From: an uncultured virus (IMG/VR IMGVR_UViG_2061766007_000697)
Taxonomy: Duplodnaviria > Heunggongvirae > Uroviricota > Caudoviricetes
Virus record (IMG/VR): IMGVR_UViG_2061766007_000697
Strand: one strand, 5' to 3'
Length of the DNA: 42,723 bases
This document shows positions 1 to 11,154 of this stretch, one piece after another. Each line of letters begins with the position of its first letter. Position 1 is the stretch's first letter. Below the pieces are notes generated by a model. The model made no database searches and was not told the origin of the DNA. It saw only the letters and a program-made list of their open reading frames with translations. Position numbers and translations under genes: made by a program.

Positions 1-96
1 TTATTGCAATCTGGCAACAAGGCTTCACCATCGGCTGGTTAGACCAGCACAATGACAGACAANNNNNNNNNNNNNNNNNNNNNNGGAGATACAACC

Positions 97-279
97 ATGC
101 ACATCATCTTCAACCTTGAAAAATCGATTTATCGCTCCAAAAACTGGGTTGCCTTTTTCAAAAGAAACCCGACAAAATTAAATGCCAGAATCATCTCGGT
201 TCTGTCAAACAAAAATCAAGTCATAGGCTTCGATGTCTGTGACTTAATCGAAAGCTTAAAGGTTAATCACGGAGGGTAA
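97..279 (+). CDS. small hypothetical protein (~60 aa)
   Basis: GGAG RBS at 85-88 then ATG at 97 (MHIIFNLEK...); the ORF-track start at 52 crosses an N gap. Confidence 0.55.
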   Translation: MHIIFNLEKSIYRSKNWVAFFKRNPTKLNARIISVLSNKNQVIGFDVCDLIESLKVNHGG

Positions 280-346
280 TCATTCTGATGTATCCACCTT
301 TAACAAATGAGATAATCAATGAACAACCAAAATTCTAGGTTCAAGC

Positions 347-598
347 ATGAAAAATAATAAACGTTTCATGAAGCTTTATTTTCGCATCAAATTTGCAGCA
401 ACGCCACAGAAAGCACTCGAGTTGTTTAATCATGCTTTACCGTATTATACAGGTACGCGTATGCTTAAACTTCCGGAAAAACAGTCGTACTGGTCGCCGC
501 TTCGACGGCATGTGAAGGCGCGCTATCGTAAGCGCGTTAGCAGACCTGATCAGCGACGTTATATCGAGATGCTTGGATTTACCAAATACATACTCTAG
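347..598 (+). CDS. small basic hypothetical protein (83 aa)
   Basis: intact Lys/Arg-rich ORF followed by a terminator; no recognisable family. Confidence 0.55.
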   Translation: MKNNKRFMKLYFRIKFAATPQKALELFNHALPYYTGTRMLKLPEKQSYWSPLRRHVKARYRKRVSRPDQRRYIEMLGFTKYIL

Positions 599-618
599 AG
601 CATAGGAGGCACTATAAA

Positions 619-657
619 GGGCGCTGCCGAAAGGTGGCGCCCATGTCTTTTTCTTTT
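619..657 (+). terminator. rho-independent terminator
   Basis: GGGCGCTGCC-GAAA-GGTGGCGCCC hairpin (GNRA loop) followed by a T-rich tract. Confidence 0.8.
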
Positions 658-815
658 ACTCTACAGCCAGATCTACATTAATAGTANNNNNNNNNNNNNN
701 NNNNNNNNNNNNNNNNNNNNNNNNNNNNNNNNNNNNNNNNNNNNNNNNNNNNNNNNNNNNNNNNNNNNNNNNNNNNNNNNNNNNNNNNNNNNNNNNNNNN
801 NTATATCCACGCACT

Positions 816-2600
816 ATGGAGGAAGTGGTCTACTGGTGCCTTTGGCTCTATGAGCGCAATGCTAAGTATAGATCGGCTATACAGAAGACCGTTAACTACT
901 TTATCTCTGGTCTTAATGTCACATCCACTAATACCAAAGAAGAGGATTCCGACACAGACGATATCGAGAATTTTAAAGACGAACTAGACCGTACTTATAA
1001 TGTTCTGGAACTCGTGCAGCATTATGGTATCGAGCTAGCTGCTATGGGAAATGTCTTTGTTTCATGCGAGCGCGTGTTCTCAAGGCTTCTTCTCTGCCCC
1101 GATTGCAGCTGGAGCATGGCTCTAAAACAGCTCAGAAAGAACCGTGATTATAAATGGACTGGCAAGTCTTTTGAAGGCGAATGCCCACAGTGTCGTAAGC
1201 ACGTCACTTTTAAAATAAAGGATGTACCGTCTCAGGATCAGGATGGCAAAAAGCTGAGATTCGTATTTAGATCCATTCGTGATATGGTGGTCCAGTATAA
1301 TCAGCTTACTGGCACCTACCAGTATTTCTATAAGATGCCAAGCCATATCAAGGATGCGATTCAGCGTGGTGATCAGGTTTATCTCGTTAACACGCCACAG
1401 GTTTTTCTTGATGCTGCCAATACAGATAATCTTATAGAGTTTCCTGAAGATATGTTCTGGAGTGACAGAACGCACACGTTGGTAGGCTGCGAAAAGTTGA
1501 TGCGTGGCTTCGGCGCTCCGATTTTCCTGCCTAGTCTGGATACTCTTATCAGGCTGCAGTTCTATTCTCGTTTTAATGAAACGATTGCGATGGACTATAT
1601 TGCTCCTACTCGTATTATCAGCCCAGAGTCTGCGAATTTGAAAGCCGGTGTTGATGATCCTAACAGGATGCCTATGAGCGGTGCAGCTTTCAGAGGTTTT
1701 ATGCAGCAGTCGCTTAGACAGGTTAAATCGAATCCTAGTACGTGGATCATAAGTCCTGTTCCTGTGCAATATCAAATGGTCGGTGGAGACGGGCAGCAGC
1801 TTACACCGGTTGATCTTATGGAGTTTGAATATAATCAGTTCCTTGCCGAGTGTGCTATTCCACAAGAGTTCAAGCAGACGAATTTCCAGGTAGTTGCGCC
1901 TTCTATGGGACTTCGAATGTTTGAGCGTCAGTGGGTTACATTTACTAAGTCACTTCATAAGTTTACGAATTGGGTTGGTAGCAAGGTTGCTGACATCGAC
2001 AAAGTAGAGAACATGCGTGTCGACCTCGACGTCACTTCCTTTGTTGAAGATGATATGAATAAGCAAGTCTTGCTCTCGCTGATGCAGGGCGGCGTTATTG
2101 CTAAGACCAATGTTCTTAAGCGCCTTGGTGTTGATTTCAATAAGGATCTTGACCAGCGCATGCAGGAACAGAAGGCCGAACAGGAAGCCGCCATGAANNN
2201 NNNNNNNNNNNNNNNNNNNNNNNNNNTTATGCCGCCTCCTGGTTCTCTGGGTGTAAATCAGGCACAGATGAATCTGCAGGCTGCTATGGGCGGCGGCGGC
2301 GAAGGCGCTCCTGCTGCACCGGGCGGTCCTGGTATGCCAGCTGCTCCTATGGGTGCACCTGCTGGTGGTATGCCTGGTGGTGCTCCATCCGCTGGTGGCG
2401 CTATGGGTCAGATGTGGGAAGAGGCTATGTCGAGGGCTCAGCAGCTCTACAACGCGCCGCCTAATGTTAGAAGAAGCGAGCTGGTCAATCTGAAGGCCAC
2501 TAATCCGCAGATGCATTCATTTGTCAAGTCGTTCCTCGAACAGATGGAACAGGATGTGGCTTCTGATGCAGTCGCACAAAGTAAAGCACCGCAGGGGTAA
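816..2600 (+). CDS. putative portal protein with Zn-ribbon insertion and Pro/Gly/Ala/Met-rich tail (true start probably in the upstream gap)
   Basis: ~600 aa; WCLWLY..N..YRSAI.K.VNYF N-terminal helix and MGNVFV motif resemble large-phage portals; first gene of the head module; CPDC...CPQC insert; frame open upstream of ATG 816 (YPRT-M). Confidence 0.65.
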   Translation: MEEVVYWCLWLYERNAKYRSAIQKTVNYFISGLNVTSTNTKEEDSDTDDIENFKDELDRTYNVLELVQHYGIELAAMGNVFVSCERVFSRLLLCPDCSWSMALKQLRKNRDYKWTGKSFEGECPQCRKHVTFKIKDVPSQDQDGKKLRFVFRSIRDMVVQYNQLTGTYQYFYKMPSHIKDAIQRGDQVYLVNTPQVFLDAANTDNLIEFPEDMFWSDRTHTLVGCEKLMRGFGAPIFLPSLDTLIRLQFYSRFNETIAMDYIAPTRIISPESANLKAGVDDPNRMPMSGAAFRGFMQQSLRQVKSNPSTWIISPVPVQYQMVGGDGQQLTPVDLMEFEYNQFLAECAIPQEFKQTNFQVVAPSMGLRMFERQWVTFTKSLHKFTNWVGSKVADIDKVENMRVDLDVTSFVEDDMNKQVLLSLMQGGVIAKTNVLKRLGVDFNKDLDQRMQEQKAEQEAAMXXXXXXXXXXXMPPPGSLGVNQAQMNLQAAMGGGGEGAPAAPGGPGMPAAPMGAPAGGMPGGAPSAGGAMGQMWEEAMSRAQQLYNAPPNVRRSELVNLKATNPQMHSFVKSFLEQMEQDVASDAVAQSKAPQG

Positions 2601-2602
2601 GT

Positions 2603-3368
2603 ATGAAATACAGTGAATTTAAGAAAGAAGCAGGTATAGGCGATGTTGCCTCCTGGGCTGGTAGCAAGATAAAAGATAATCTTGGTGTCTGGTCACCTAT
2701 CCCGGTTGGTAACCCCTTTAAACGGGATAGTTATCGTGTTTTTACACCGTTTGCAGAAAAGACAAATGCCTTTTCAGAGGGCCCAACNNNNNNNNNNNNN
2801 NNNNNNNNCAAGACTTCTGAGCAGAAATGGAATGCTTTTCAAGCTGATGCTAGGAATCAGGTAAATAAAAATATAGGGGTGCTTGATGCAGCTAGAGCTG
2901 TAAAGTCAGATCTTCAGTCTTATGGTATTAACCTCAATCCGTTGGATCTTAAGGGTGGATTCGATACAATGCGTAAGACCTGGAAAAACATAACAGGAAA
3001 CAAAGAAGAGAGTGCTTTTAATAAGCTGAAGAATGATGCTATAGCATCTTCTGATATGAAAGCAGCTGCAGATCGTTTCATCCAGTCTTCTGATATTAGT
3101 GATATCGCAACATATCAAAAGAAAGTAGATGAAATGGCCGCAANNNNNNNNNNNNNNNNNNNNNNNNNNNNTTACAAACGGTATGCGTTCGAAAGTATGG
3201 GATGGAATAAAAGCAGATCCCATCAAGAATATTCCGGCTGCTGCAGGCATCTTCCTTAGGCAGATGGGAATGGGCAAAGCTGGTGACTTTATGTCGAATC
3301 CTATAGCGTTCTATGGTTCTATTCTGGGTCTGATTGGTGGCGGACTTTTACTGGGTAGCAGACGATGA
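2603..3368 (+). CDS. putative internal virion protein with C-terminal hydrophobic Gly-rich helix
   Basis: ORFs 2603-3259 and 3129-3368 join across an N gap; N-terminal FKKEAG motif; C-terminal FYGSILGLIGGGLLLG. Confidence 0.6.
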
Positions 3369-4141
3369 GCTTCGATCGTAACACTATATCAAAATGGCTT
3401 GATCCTGTCAGGAAGCGTGTAGCCAGTCCTACNNNNNNNNNNNNNNNNNNNNNNNNNNNNNNNNNGGCTTGGTGTCGGATTGTGGGAAAATATCATTGAG
3501 ACAGGCGGCTCTCTTGGCAGATATCCTATTCGCAAGATGACAGGCATGTCCAATGCAGAATATGATCAGGCTATGGAGGACCTGGCAACAGACGACCGTT
3601 ATCGTTGGCTTGTGCCGTCTGCACTAGGGCTGATGCTTGGTGGTGGCTACCTTGCTCTGCGTAACAATCCAAACCAGGAACAAGGTGGCAGACATACATG
3701 GGTGCCAAAAACAGCGTCGCTTAATAAAGAGGCTGATGAGTTGTGGTCTTATGGCGGCTATGTGCCAGAGATCGATTTCAGCCAGGTAATTAATGCCAGA
3801 GACGCTAAGTCTATGTTCACAAATGATCCTGCCATTGTAAGCAATCCATATGTGAAGAACACCGGTGTTGCTATCATCAACTCTGCAGCACAGCGGGCTG
3901 GCTATGTGAATCCTACTTTAGGTGATATCTATGATGCAACACGTGAGAAAGAAAAAAGCAAACTCTCATGGGCAGGCGTCACAGAGGTAGCCGCTAACAC
4001 AATGCTGGCCAANNNNNNNNNNNNNNNNNNNNNNNNNNNNNNNGTGCACTTGGTGCTGTTATGCCATTATCTGCCGATGCTAAACGTAATATCATAGATG
4101 CCGGCACGTGGGCAACTGCTATTACATCCATATTAAATTAA
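3365..4141 (+). CDS. putative internal virion protein
   Basis: ATG overlaps previous stop (ATGA); reads MSFDRNTISKW... through two gaps to ...TAITSILN-TAA; KTAS/KEAD motifs and a hydrophobic segment. Confidence 0.6.
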
Positions 4142-4153
4142 AGGATATAGAAT

Positions 4154-4444
4154 ATGAAATATACCGAATGGAAAGGTCTCGATAAACAGGCGGCTGGTCT
4201 GCCTTCACTGCTTCCTGGTGCTGTTGCTGCTCTTGGCGGCANNNNNNNNNNNNNNNNNNNNNNNNNNNNNNNNNNNNNNNNNNNNNNNNNNGCCAAAGAC
4301 AAGCAGGACATCGATACTATTCAGAAAGAATACGAGAACGAACGCCTCAAATCCGACCTTGGTTATCTTTCTGCAAAGACTCGTGAAGAGTACGAGAAAG
4401 CGCAGAACCAGACTAAACCTAAAGCAGCCAGGATCTTTGCATGA
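4154..4444 (+). CDS. small putative internal virion protein
   Basis: AAGGA RBS; MKYTEWKGLDKQAAG followed by a Gly/Ala hydrophobic stretch. Confidence 0.6.
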   Translation: MKYTEWKGLDKQAAGLPSLLPGAVAALGGXXXXXXXXXXXXXXXXXAKDKQDIDTIQKEYENERLKSDLGYLSAKTREEYEKAQNQTKPKAARIFA

Positions 4445-4896
4445 CAGAAAACGATGATTACGGACACATGGTCTCAATAGATGAGGTCATGCTCTCTGAG
4501 TCTCCCTTTAAAGAGGAGAAAGCAGAGAATCAAATTTCTACCATCGGTAACGAATTGTGGTCTTATCATAATGAGGGCCGCATTCATGGTATACCTGTGG
4601 CGGATAATGCCGTCGGGCTGCCAATAGACCGTGATGACATGCTTGACGTGGCCTTTACTCTGAAGCGTGTACCGAAGTCAAAGATTTTCTGGATGTCACC
4701 AGAGGATGAAGAGTCTATCAAACTGTATGACGCTATGTTGGCACAACAGGCAGATGGACAACTTATCATAATCGATGAACTGAAACAGTATGATACAAGC
4801 AAGTGCAAGTTCATGGTTTGGCTTCGATACGACGAACTGAGCTATGAACTTAATCCGCGTTTTGATTATCTCAGAGAGGAACTGAATAATGGATAA
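4441..4896 (+). CDS. acidic hypothetical protein (151 aa)
   Basis: intact ORF overlapping both neighbours (ATGA coupling upstream). Confidence 0.7.
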   Translation: MTENDDYGHMVSIDEVMLSESPFKEEKAENQISTIGNELWSYHNEGRIHGIPVADNAVGLPIDRDDMLDVAFTLKRVPKSKIFWMSPEDEESIKLYDAMLAQQADGQLIIIDELKQYDTSKCKFMVWLRYDELSYELNPRFDYLREELNNG

Positions 4897-6021
4897 AGAA
4901 GCAGCAGTGACAACACTGATCCCAATGCAGCAGCTTTGGAGCAGACTCGGTGCATATGCTAAAGCGCACCCAAAAGTTATTAAGGCTCTTAAGCTTGGGG
5001 CTGGTGGAACAGGTGGTTATATTGGTGGCAGCACTCTGGCGGGTCTGGTAAGAGACATGCAGACAGGACAGGCCACGTTTGGTAATCCTAAAGACCTTTA
5101 TGAAAAGGGCAGCTATTGGAATACCGTTAATCCTATCAGCAGTGTTATGGGCGGCGTCGACAGGATTCCTGCATGGTATGCCAAGATGTTTCCTAATACC
5201 GATTCTGGTAGACAGGCGGCGCATCAGACGTTTAAGGCAGGNNNNNNNNNNNNNNNNNNNNNNNNNNNNNNNTTGTCGGTGGTTATCGGTCTCTTAAACA
5301 CTATGACGAAATGGAAGAACTTGAAGAGGCTGATCGTCCCAGCAAGGAATTGGCCAGCCAGCTTTCAACCACGTTTGAGGGGAATCTTATTCCGCAGGCA
5401 AAAACTGCTGCATCCAGCGGGCGTGTTCCTGGATCTGGTGTCTTTACATGGCAGAACTTCTTTGGTACCGCTATTCCGATGAGTGCCGGATTGCTTGCAG
5501 CTAGTCTCGCTTATCGTGGGGCTGATAATTATTTTGATAAGAGACGTAACGCTGTACTGACCAAGGCTATCAAATCCAAGGAAGATGCTATTAAGCAGCT
5601 TATTGCTACAAGAGCTAGACTTGCTAAGGGTGTTGGTACACAGGAGGATATTGCAGCGGCAACTGAGGAGCTTGGTGACAAGGATGTCTATGTGAAAGAC
5701 GCCTCTCTGGATAAGAAGGCTTTACTTGGACTTAATGACTTGTTCCAGCATTTTGGTGCNNNNNNNNNNNNAGCAATTGGTGCATATGCATATACTAGTG
5801 CGAGCGATGAGAACAATCTGAAGTACAAAGCTTATAAGAGGGGTCTCAGAGAGTATGCCAAGAACAAGAGTGGTATCACTCCTATCACGATTGCTCCTAC
5901 GAATGCACAGAGCTACTTTGATTACATTAATGGAGGGACAGGCAACAAGCAGCTTACTGCTAGAGAGCAGCCCTCCATCGATACCGACAATCTGAATAAA
6001 CCGATATCTATTTCTATATAA
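4889..6021 (+). CDS. putative internal virion protein with Gly-zipper-like helices
   Basis: GAGGA RBS; ORFs 4889-5482 and 5311-6021 join across the gap at 5242-5272 (VGGYRSLKHYDEMEELEE); DKEAA, KTAAS, DKKAL motifs. Confidence 0.6.
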
Positions 6022-6033
6022 GGAATAACACCT

Positions 6034-6513
6034 ATGATCGATAAGAAAGAGATGCTCATGAAGGTTGCCTCTTATGATAAGGTGGCCTGTGTGCTTGCAA
6101 ATACTGTTATGGCTTATGGCGAACTTAAGAAGAAAGCTATTTTTGATGGTAGCGAATGGCAGGATTGGATGACTAGAAAAGATGCCATTGAGCCATCGAA
6201 CCAGCAGCACCTGAGGGCGCAGGATAATGGCGCTCTTACAAGCTTCCTGACATCGCTTGCGATTGGTGGAGGCTTAGGCTATCTCGGAGATAAATTTACA
6301 GGGGGCAAGCACACAAGCGATGCGGTTCTCGGCGGCACAGCTATAGGTGGTGGTTTGGCATTACTCGCAAATCTTGCCGGAAAAGGCGCTGGCTATGTTA
6401 TGCCGACAAGGACTAAAGAGCAGCATGACAAATATCAAAATAGCGGCACAGCTGCTGAGTGGCTTATTCCAGGCGTTGCAAATTATAATAAAGTTAAGAC
6501 TTATGGCTATGCT
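6034..6513 (+). CDS. putative internal virion protein, Gly-zipper-like (3' end lost in gap)
   Basis: AAGGA RBS; KVAS/DKVA/KKKA motifs; GGGLGYLG...GGTAIGGGLAL; the ORF track wrongly fuses it to the RNAP gene across the gap. Confidence 0.6.
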
Positions 6514-6654
6514 NNNNNNNNNNNNNNNNNNNNNNNNNNNNNNNNNNNNNNNNNNNNNNNNNNNNNNNNNNNNNNNNNNNNNNNNNNNNNNNNNNNNNNN
6601 NNNNNNNNNNNNNNNNNNNNNNNNNNNNNNNNNNNNNNNNNNNNGCAAGTAATC

Positions 6655-7380
6655 ATGCCTGATACCACCGGTACAGTTAATAATTTGATTAGAGCTCAGC
6701 AGAAGTTTATTGCAAATACTCTTGCTGGCCCCAAGGATGTTAAGATCTTCCGTATGGATGACTACCCGACCATACGGAAGGTTCTGTTTGATAATGTGAA
6801 AAGCGCTATCTCTCAGCGTTTCCCTCTTTACAATGATAGATATACGCTGACTATAGAAGACGTTGATTATGATGACCCAGAAGAGGTAGGCATCGATAAA
6901 CAGAAACAAGCTATTCTAGATGGTACATCTGTGACAAGACGTCTTCGCGGCAGCTGGGTCCTTCGTGATGCAAAGACAGATAAGGAAGTTAGTCGTACAA
7001 AACGTATGACCCTGATGTCTGTGCCCTATATCACTGATAGAGGAACATTCATTCGTAATGGCCATGAATATGCTTTCTCTAACATTATGCGAATGGAACC
7101 AGGAGTATATACAAAGCAGCGCGATGATGAGGTGTCTGCGCAGTTTAACATCAAGAAGGGCACAGGTGCTGGTTTTAATATGTATTTATCACCGAGTACC
7201 GGTATCTTCAAGATCAAGCGCAATACAACTAGTTGCCCTGCTTATACTGTTCTTCGTGATATAGGCGTCACCGATGACCAGATGAAAGAGGCCTGGGGAC
7301 AGGAACTCTTCGATAAGAACAAAGCAGCGGGCTCTGACGAGAAAGCTTCAATAGCAGCTAATAAAATATATAACATGTGA
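6655..7380 (+). CDS. rpoB: RNA polymerase beta subunit, stand-alone N-terminal fragment (~241 aa)
   Basis: VPYITDRGTFIRNGHEYAFSNIMRMEPGVY matches the bacterial RpoB motif [30 protein letters not shown]; upstream segment matches the RpoB N-terminal region (DYDDPE...GTSVTRRLRG). Confidence 0.85.
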   Translation: MPDTTGTVNNLIRAQQKFIANTLAGPKDVKIFRMDDYPTIRKVLFDNVKSAISQRFPLYNDRYTLTIEDVDYDDPEEVGIDKQKQAILDGTSVTRRLRGSWVLRDAKTDKEVSRTKRMTLMSVPYITDRGTFIRNGHEYAFSNIMRMEPGVYTKQRDDEVSAQFNIKKGTGAGFNMYLSPSTGIFKIKRNTTSCPAYTVLRDIGVTDDQMKEAWGQELFDKNKAAGSDEKASIAANKIYNM

Positions 7381-7388
7381 GTTTCGCT

Positions 7389-8253
7389 ATGAATATAGTT
7401 ACTGTATACAAGCAGATGGAGAAGAAGGCCGCNNNNNNNNNNNNNNNNNNNNNNNNNNNNNNNNNNNNNNNNNNNNNNNNNNNNNNNNNNCAGGGAACTT
7501 TTGGTCAGATTGGATCTAATCTGAAGAATTGGTTTGGTCAGAAGTCCTGGGACTTTAGGCACGGTTTAGATACATTGTTTGGTACCAAATCAACATATGG
7601 CGAGAAGCGCCCACAGGATAAATCCTTTAATGGTAGTTTTTGGGGTGCGATTAATCNNNNNNNNNNNNNNNNNNNNNNNNNNNNNNNNNNNNNNNNNNNN
7701 NNNNNNNNTGCAGGCCGAGCAGACCGGCGCTAAGATTAATGTCAATAAGAACAGTGACTACAATCGCGCTATTTATCTGCCAGAGAATCAGGTCTTCCAG
7801 CGTATGGCTAATGAAGAAGCCCTTGGTCAGCAGTATGATCAGCTTAGGGCCCGTGGCATGTCCAATGAGCAGATTGCTAATTATGTCATGCAAGAGAAGT
7901 ATCTTCCGCTTGTTAGAGACGTTACTGGCAAACAGAACATCAACAGCTCTATGAAGCTTACAGATGAAAACTGGAATACGATCAAGAGCAAGATGTTGGC
8001 TAGACAGATGAACGGTGTTAAGCAGAATCTTGAGAAGGTTGATCCAAATACAGGCTTCTCTAACAAAGAATATAACAGCGAGCTCTATAATAAAGATTAC
8101 CAGAACGCATTGAAGAGTAATATGGATGCCAAGGTTGATGCCCTGCGCAAAGGTCAGGATCCATCTAAGACAAAAGTTACATACTCTGATGTGATCAATA
8201 ATAACAAAGCCATGCAGGACGCTGTGAATAAGGCGACCAAGAATAATTGGTAA
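7389..8253 (+). CDS. putative internal virion protein
   Basis: MNIVTVYKQMEKKA start; ORFs 7377-7733 and 7579-8253 join across gaps. Confidence 0.5.
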
Positions 8254-8264
8254 TAGGAGCAATC

Positions 8265-8781
8265 ATGAATCCTTCTAAGATTTTTACTGATATCGTTAAT
8301 GACTCGGCTAATGTCGAGTTTGTGAACCAGCTGAATCTTATTCGTAAGACAGCGGCCTCTAATGCTATTATAAATACTGTTTTGAATAATGGTGTGTATA
8401 CAGCAGCTAAGCCGACTGCATTACAATCTATGACCAGCTGGATCAAGGCTAATCCGTGGAAATCCGGTATGATCGGAGGCGCTGCTCTTGGTGCTGGTGG
8501 TGTCGCTGCTAATACTGTNNNNNNNNNNNNCTGGTGGTATAGCTGATGATCCGGTTGTTAAAGCACTCAGTAATCCCACTAAAATGAACACAGCACAGAA
8601 GATCAATACTGGTATTGGTACTGCGGCCGGACTTGCTGGTGGTGCTGGCTTATACGCATTACTTGGTAATATCCCAGGTATTAAACGCAAACCACTTCTC
8701 AAGGCTATTCTTGCTACACTTGGCGGTGGTGTTATTGGTTATGGTGCTTGGAGAGCGGCTGACAACTATCAGAAGGCCTGA
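8265..8781 (+). CDS. Gly-zipper-like putative internal virion protein
   Basis: AGGAG RBS, ATG 8265; RKTAAS motif; three Gly-rich hydrophobic helices; joins across a short gap. Confidence 0.6.
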
Positions 8782-8783
8782 AT

Positions 8784-9556
8784 ATGCCCGATTCATACGA
8801 AGAGTGGAAAAATTACGATCCAGACGATCCGCAGTATCTGAGCACTGCTGAACGCTGGCAGCAAAAATCGGATGCCGTTATGGGGCATGCGAAGAATTGG
8901 CTTAACAGCGTCGGTCAGGATGTTGGAACTGGTGCTGCCGGGTTTGCTGCTGGTACTGGGCTTAGACTGCTTGGTACAAGTGCCCCGAAAGCACTGGTTC
9001 GTAGCGGTATCCCGGCCAAGATTATAAAGAGACTCCCTTGGGCTCCTGCTCGTGCAATTGGTACAGGTCTTCAGTGGCTTGGCGGTACCCAGATGACATG
9101 GGCACCTATTGTTGCAACTAGACAAACGATTGATGATATCACACAACCTGTAGAGCCACCACAAACTGATGCGCAGCATCTGAAGAAATGGTTTAAGAAT
9201 ACAGGCACTGGTGTTGGTATTGGCCTTGGAGTAGCTGGATTAGGTGGTGCGATTTCTTTGATACCTGGTGGACAAATTATTGGCCTGCCGTNNNNNNNNN
9301 NNNNNNNNNNNNGGAATCTACTGCAGAGTTGTGGATAGATAAGCTTTTCAGAAATGGTAAACCACGTCCGACACCTCCACCAGAAATGCCAAAGCCTAAA
9401 AATAACTATAAAGCCAATCTGTACGGTGCAGCTATTCCAGGAATGGCCGGTCTAGTTGGTGGCTACGCTCNNNNNNNNNNNNNNNNNNNNNNNNNNNNNN
9501 NNNNNNNNNNNNNNNNNNNNNNNNNGAATAAAGCAAACCAATCAAATATAGGATAA
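8784..9556 (+). CDS. Gly-rich putative internal virion protein
   Basis: ORFs 8784-9338 and 9329-9556 probably one gene across gaps; several GxGxGxG hydrophobic segments. Confidence 0.5.
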
Positions 9557-9562
9557 TATAGT

Positions 9563-10315
9563 ATGAATTTCAACACTGTTTATAATAGAAGCTTTCAGAA
9601 GCTTGCTGGGCGTTATAATACGCAAAGCACAAGTGAAGCGTACATGAATAAATCTGCCATGGATAAGAAAGCTAATGTTTTGCTTGGTGTATTAGCTCTT
9701 GCCCTTGGCGCTGGTATAAACGCAGGCATCGGTGCAGGAATAGGCGCCGGCATTAATAAGCTGCGAGATAAAGATGTCCGTTCTGGTGCTATTCGAGGTG
9801 CTGGTATCGGTGGTGGTCTTACAATCGGTAGTGCTTTGGGCGGTGAACTTGGACAGGCACTTACCGGTACACTGGAGGGCGGTGCTTTTGGTAATCTTGT
9901 TGGTCTGCCTATTGGTGGTTATCTTGGAAATCGTGCCGCAACCGATTATATGAAGCGGAATCCAGGAACAACAAAGAGCGCTTCTTATAGACAGTTTAAG
10001 GAAGCAGCTACTGCGACTCCTGCAGCATTTGCAGCGCCGCAAGCAGTCCCGGATGCACTGACACCTTTTAAATTCAAACCAGCAGAAGATCCTAAAAAGG
10101 CAGTTGGCAATGCTCAGATGGATCTGGCTGCCGCTGCAGAGGGGGTTGGCGCTAATACACCACAGCAGCCCATCAGTGACCAAGATATAGCTGCAAAAGC
10201 GATTGAGACTGTTGATAAAGGTAATCAGGCTTTGCTGAAATATCTCACACAGTCCAAGAAAAATGATCAGGCTGCGCAGCAGGCATACCAGCAACCTGCG
10301 AATCCTGTGGTATAA
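9563..10315 (+). CDS. Gly-zipper-like putative internal virion protein (250 aa)
   Basis: intact ORF; QKLAG, NKSAM, DKKAN, TKSAS motifs; GAGINAGIGAGIGAG repeat. Confidence 0.7.
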   Translation: MNFNTVYNRSFQKLAGRYNTQSTSEAYMNKSAMDKKANVLLGVLALALGAGINAGIGAGIGAGINKLRDKDVRSGAIRGAGIGGGLTIGSALGGELGQALTGTLEGGAFGNLVGLPIGGYLGNRAATDYMKRNPGTTKSASYRQFKEAATATPAAFAAPQAVPDALTPFKFKPAEDPKKAVGNAQMDLAAAAEGVGANTPQQPISDQDIAAKAIETVDKGNQALLKYLTQSKKNDQAAQQAYQQPANPVV

Positions 10316-10377
10316 GCCTGTTCAATTTACATTTTTACCTTGATACTATAACAAACCATACATGAAAGGTATTCATT

Positions 10378-10622
10378 ATGATCGATTATACTGATCTTAT
10401 TATCAAAGTTGCTTCTATCCTGGAAGACCAGGAAGAAGAGATGCTGCAGAAGGAAGCTGGCGTCGGTGCTCTTCGTGGCGCACACAAGCTCATGCTCAAG
10501 AATATTGCCAGAGCCTCCTCTGCTACTCCGTCCGCTGTTAACAAGCTTCGTGCTCAGGGTCTTGTCGCCAACGTTAAAGGTATGCCGAATGGTACCAAGC
10601 TTCTGCTGGCTCCTGCGGCTGG
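10378..10622 (+). CDS. putative internal virion protein, 5' fragment (rest in gap)
   Basis: AAAGG RBS; IKVAS and QKEAG motifs. Confidence 0.55.
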
Positions 10623-11154
10623 NNNNNNNNNNNNNNNNNNNNNNNNNNNNNNNNNNNNNNNNNNNNNNNNNNNNNNNNNNNNNNNNNNNNNNNNNNNNNN
10701 NNNNNNNNNNNNNNNNNNNNNNNNNNNNNNNNNNNNNNNNNNNNNNNNNNNNNNNNNNNNNNNNNNNNNNNNNNNNNNNNNNNNNNNNNNNNNNNNNNNN
10801 NNNNNNNNNNNNNNNNNNNNNNNNNNNNNNNNNNNNNNNNNNNNNNNNNNNNNNNNNNNNNNNNNNNNNNNNNNNNNNNNNNNNNNNNNNNNNNNNNNNN
10901 NNNNNNNNNNNNNNNNNNNNNNNNNNNNNNNNNNNNNNNNNNNNNNNNNNNNNNNNNNNNNNNNNNNNNNNNNNNNNNNNNNNNNNNNNNNNNNNNNNNN
11001 NNNNNNNNNNNNNNNNNNNNNNNNNNNNNNNNNNNNNNNNNNNNNNNNNNNNNNNNNNNNNNNNNNNNNNNNNNNNNNNNNNNNNNNNNNNNNNNNNNNN
11101 NNNNNNNNNNNNNNNNNNNNNNNNNNNNNNNNNNNNNNNNNNNNNNNNNNNNNG

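Noticed and set aside
6034..7380. Apparent fusion of a Gly-rich membrane protein to RNAP beta-N
   Set aside because: The fusion exists only through an N gap; TAA-TC-ATG at 6650-6657 indicates a separate start.
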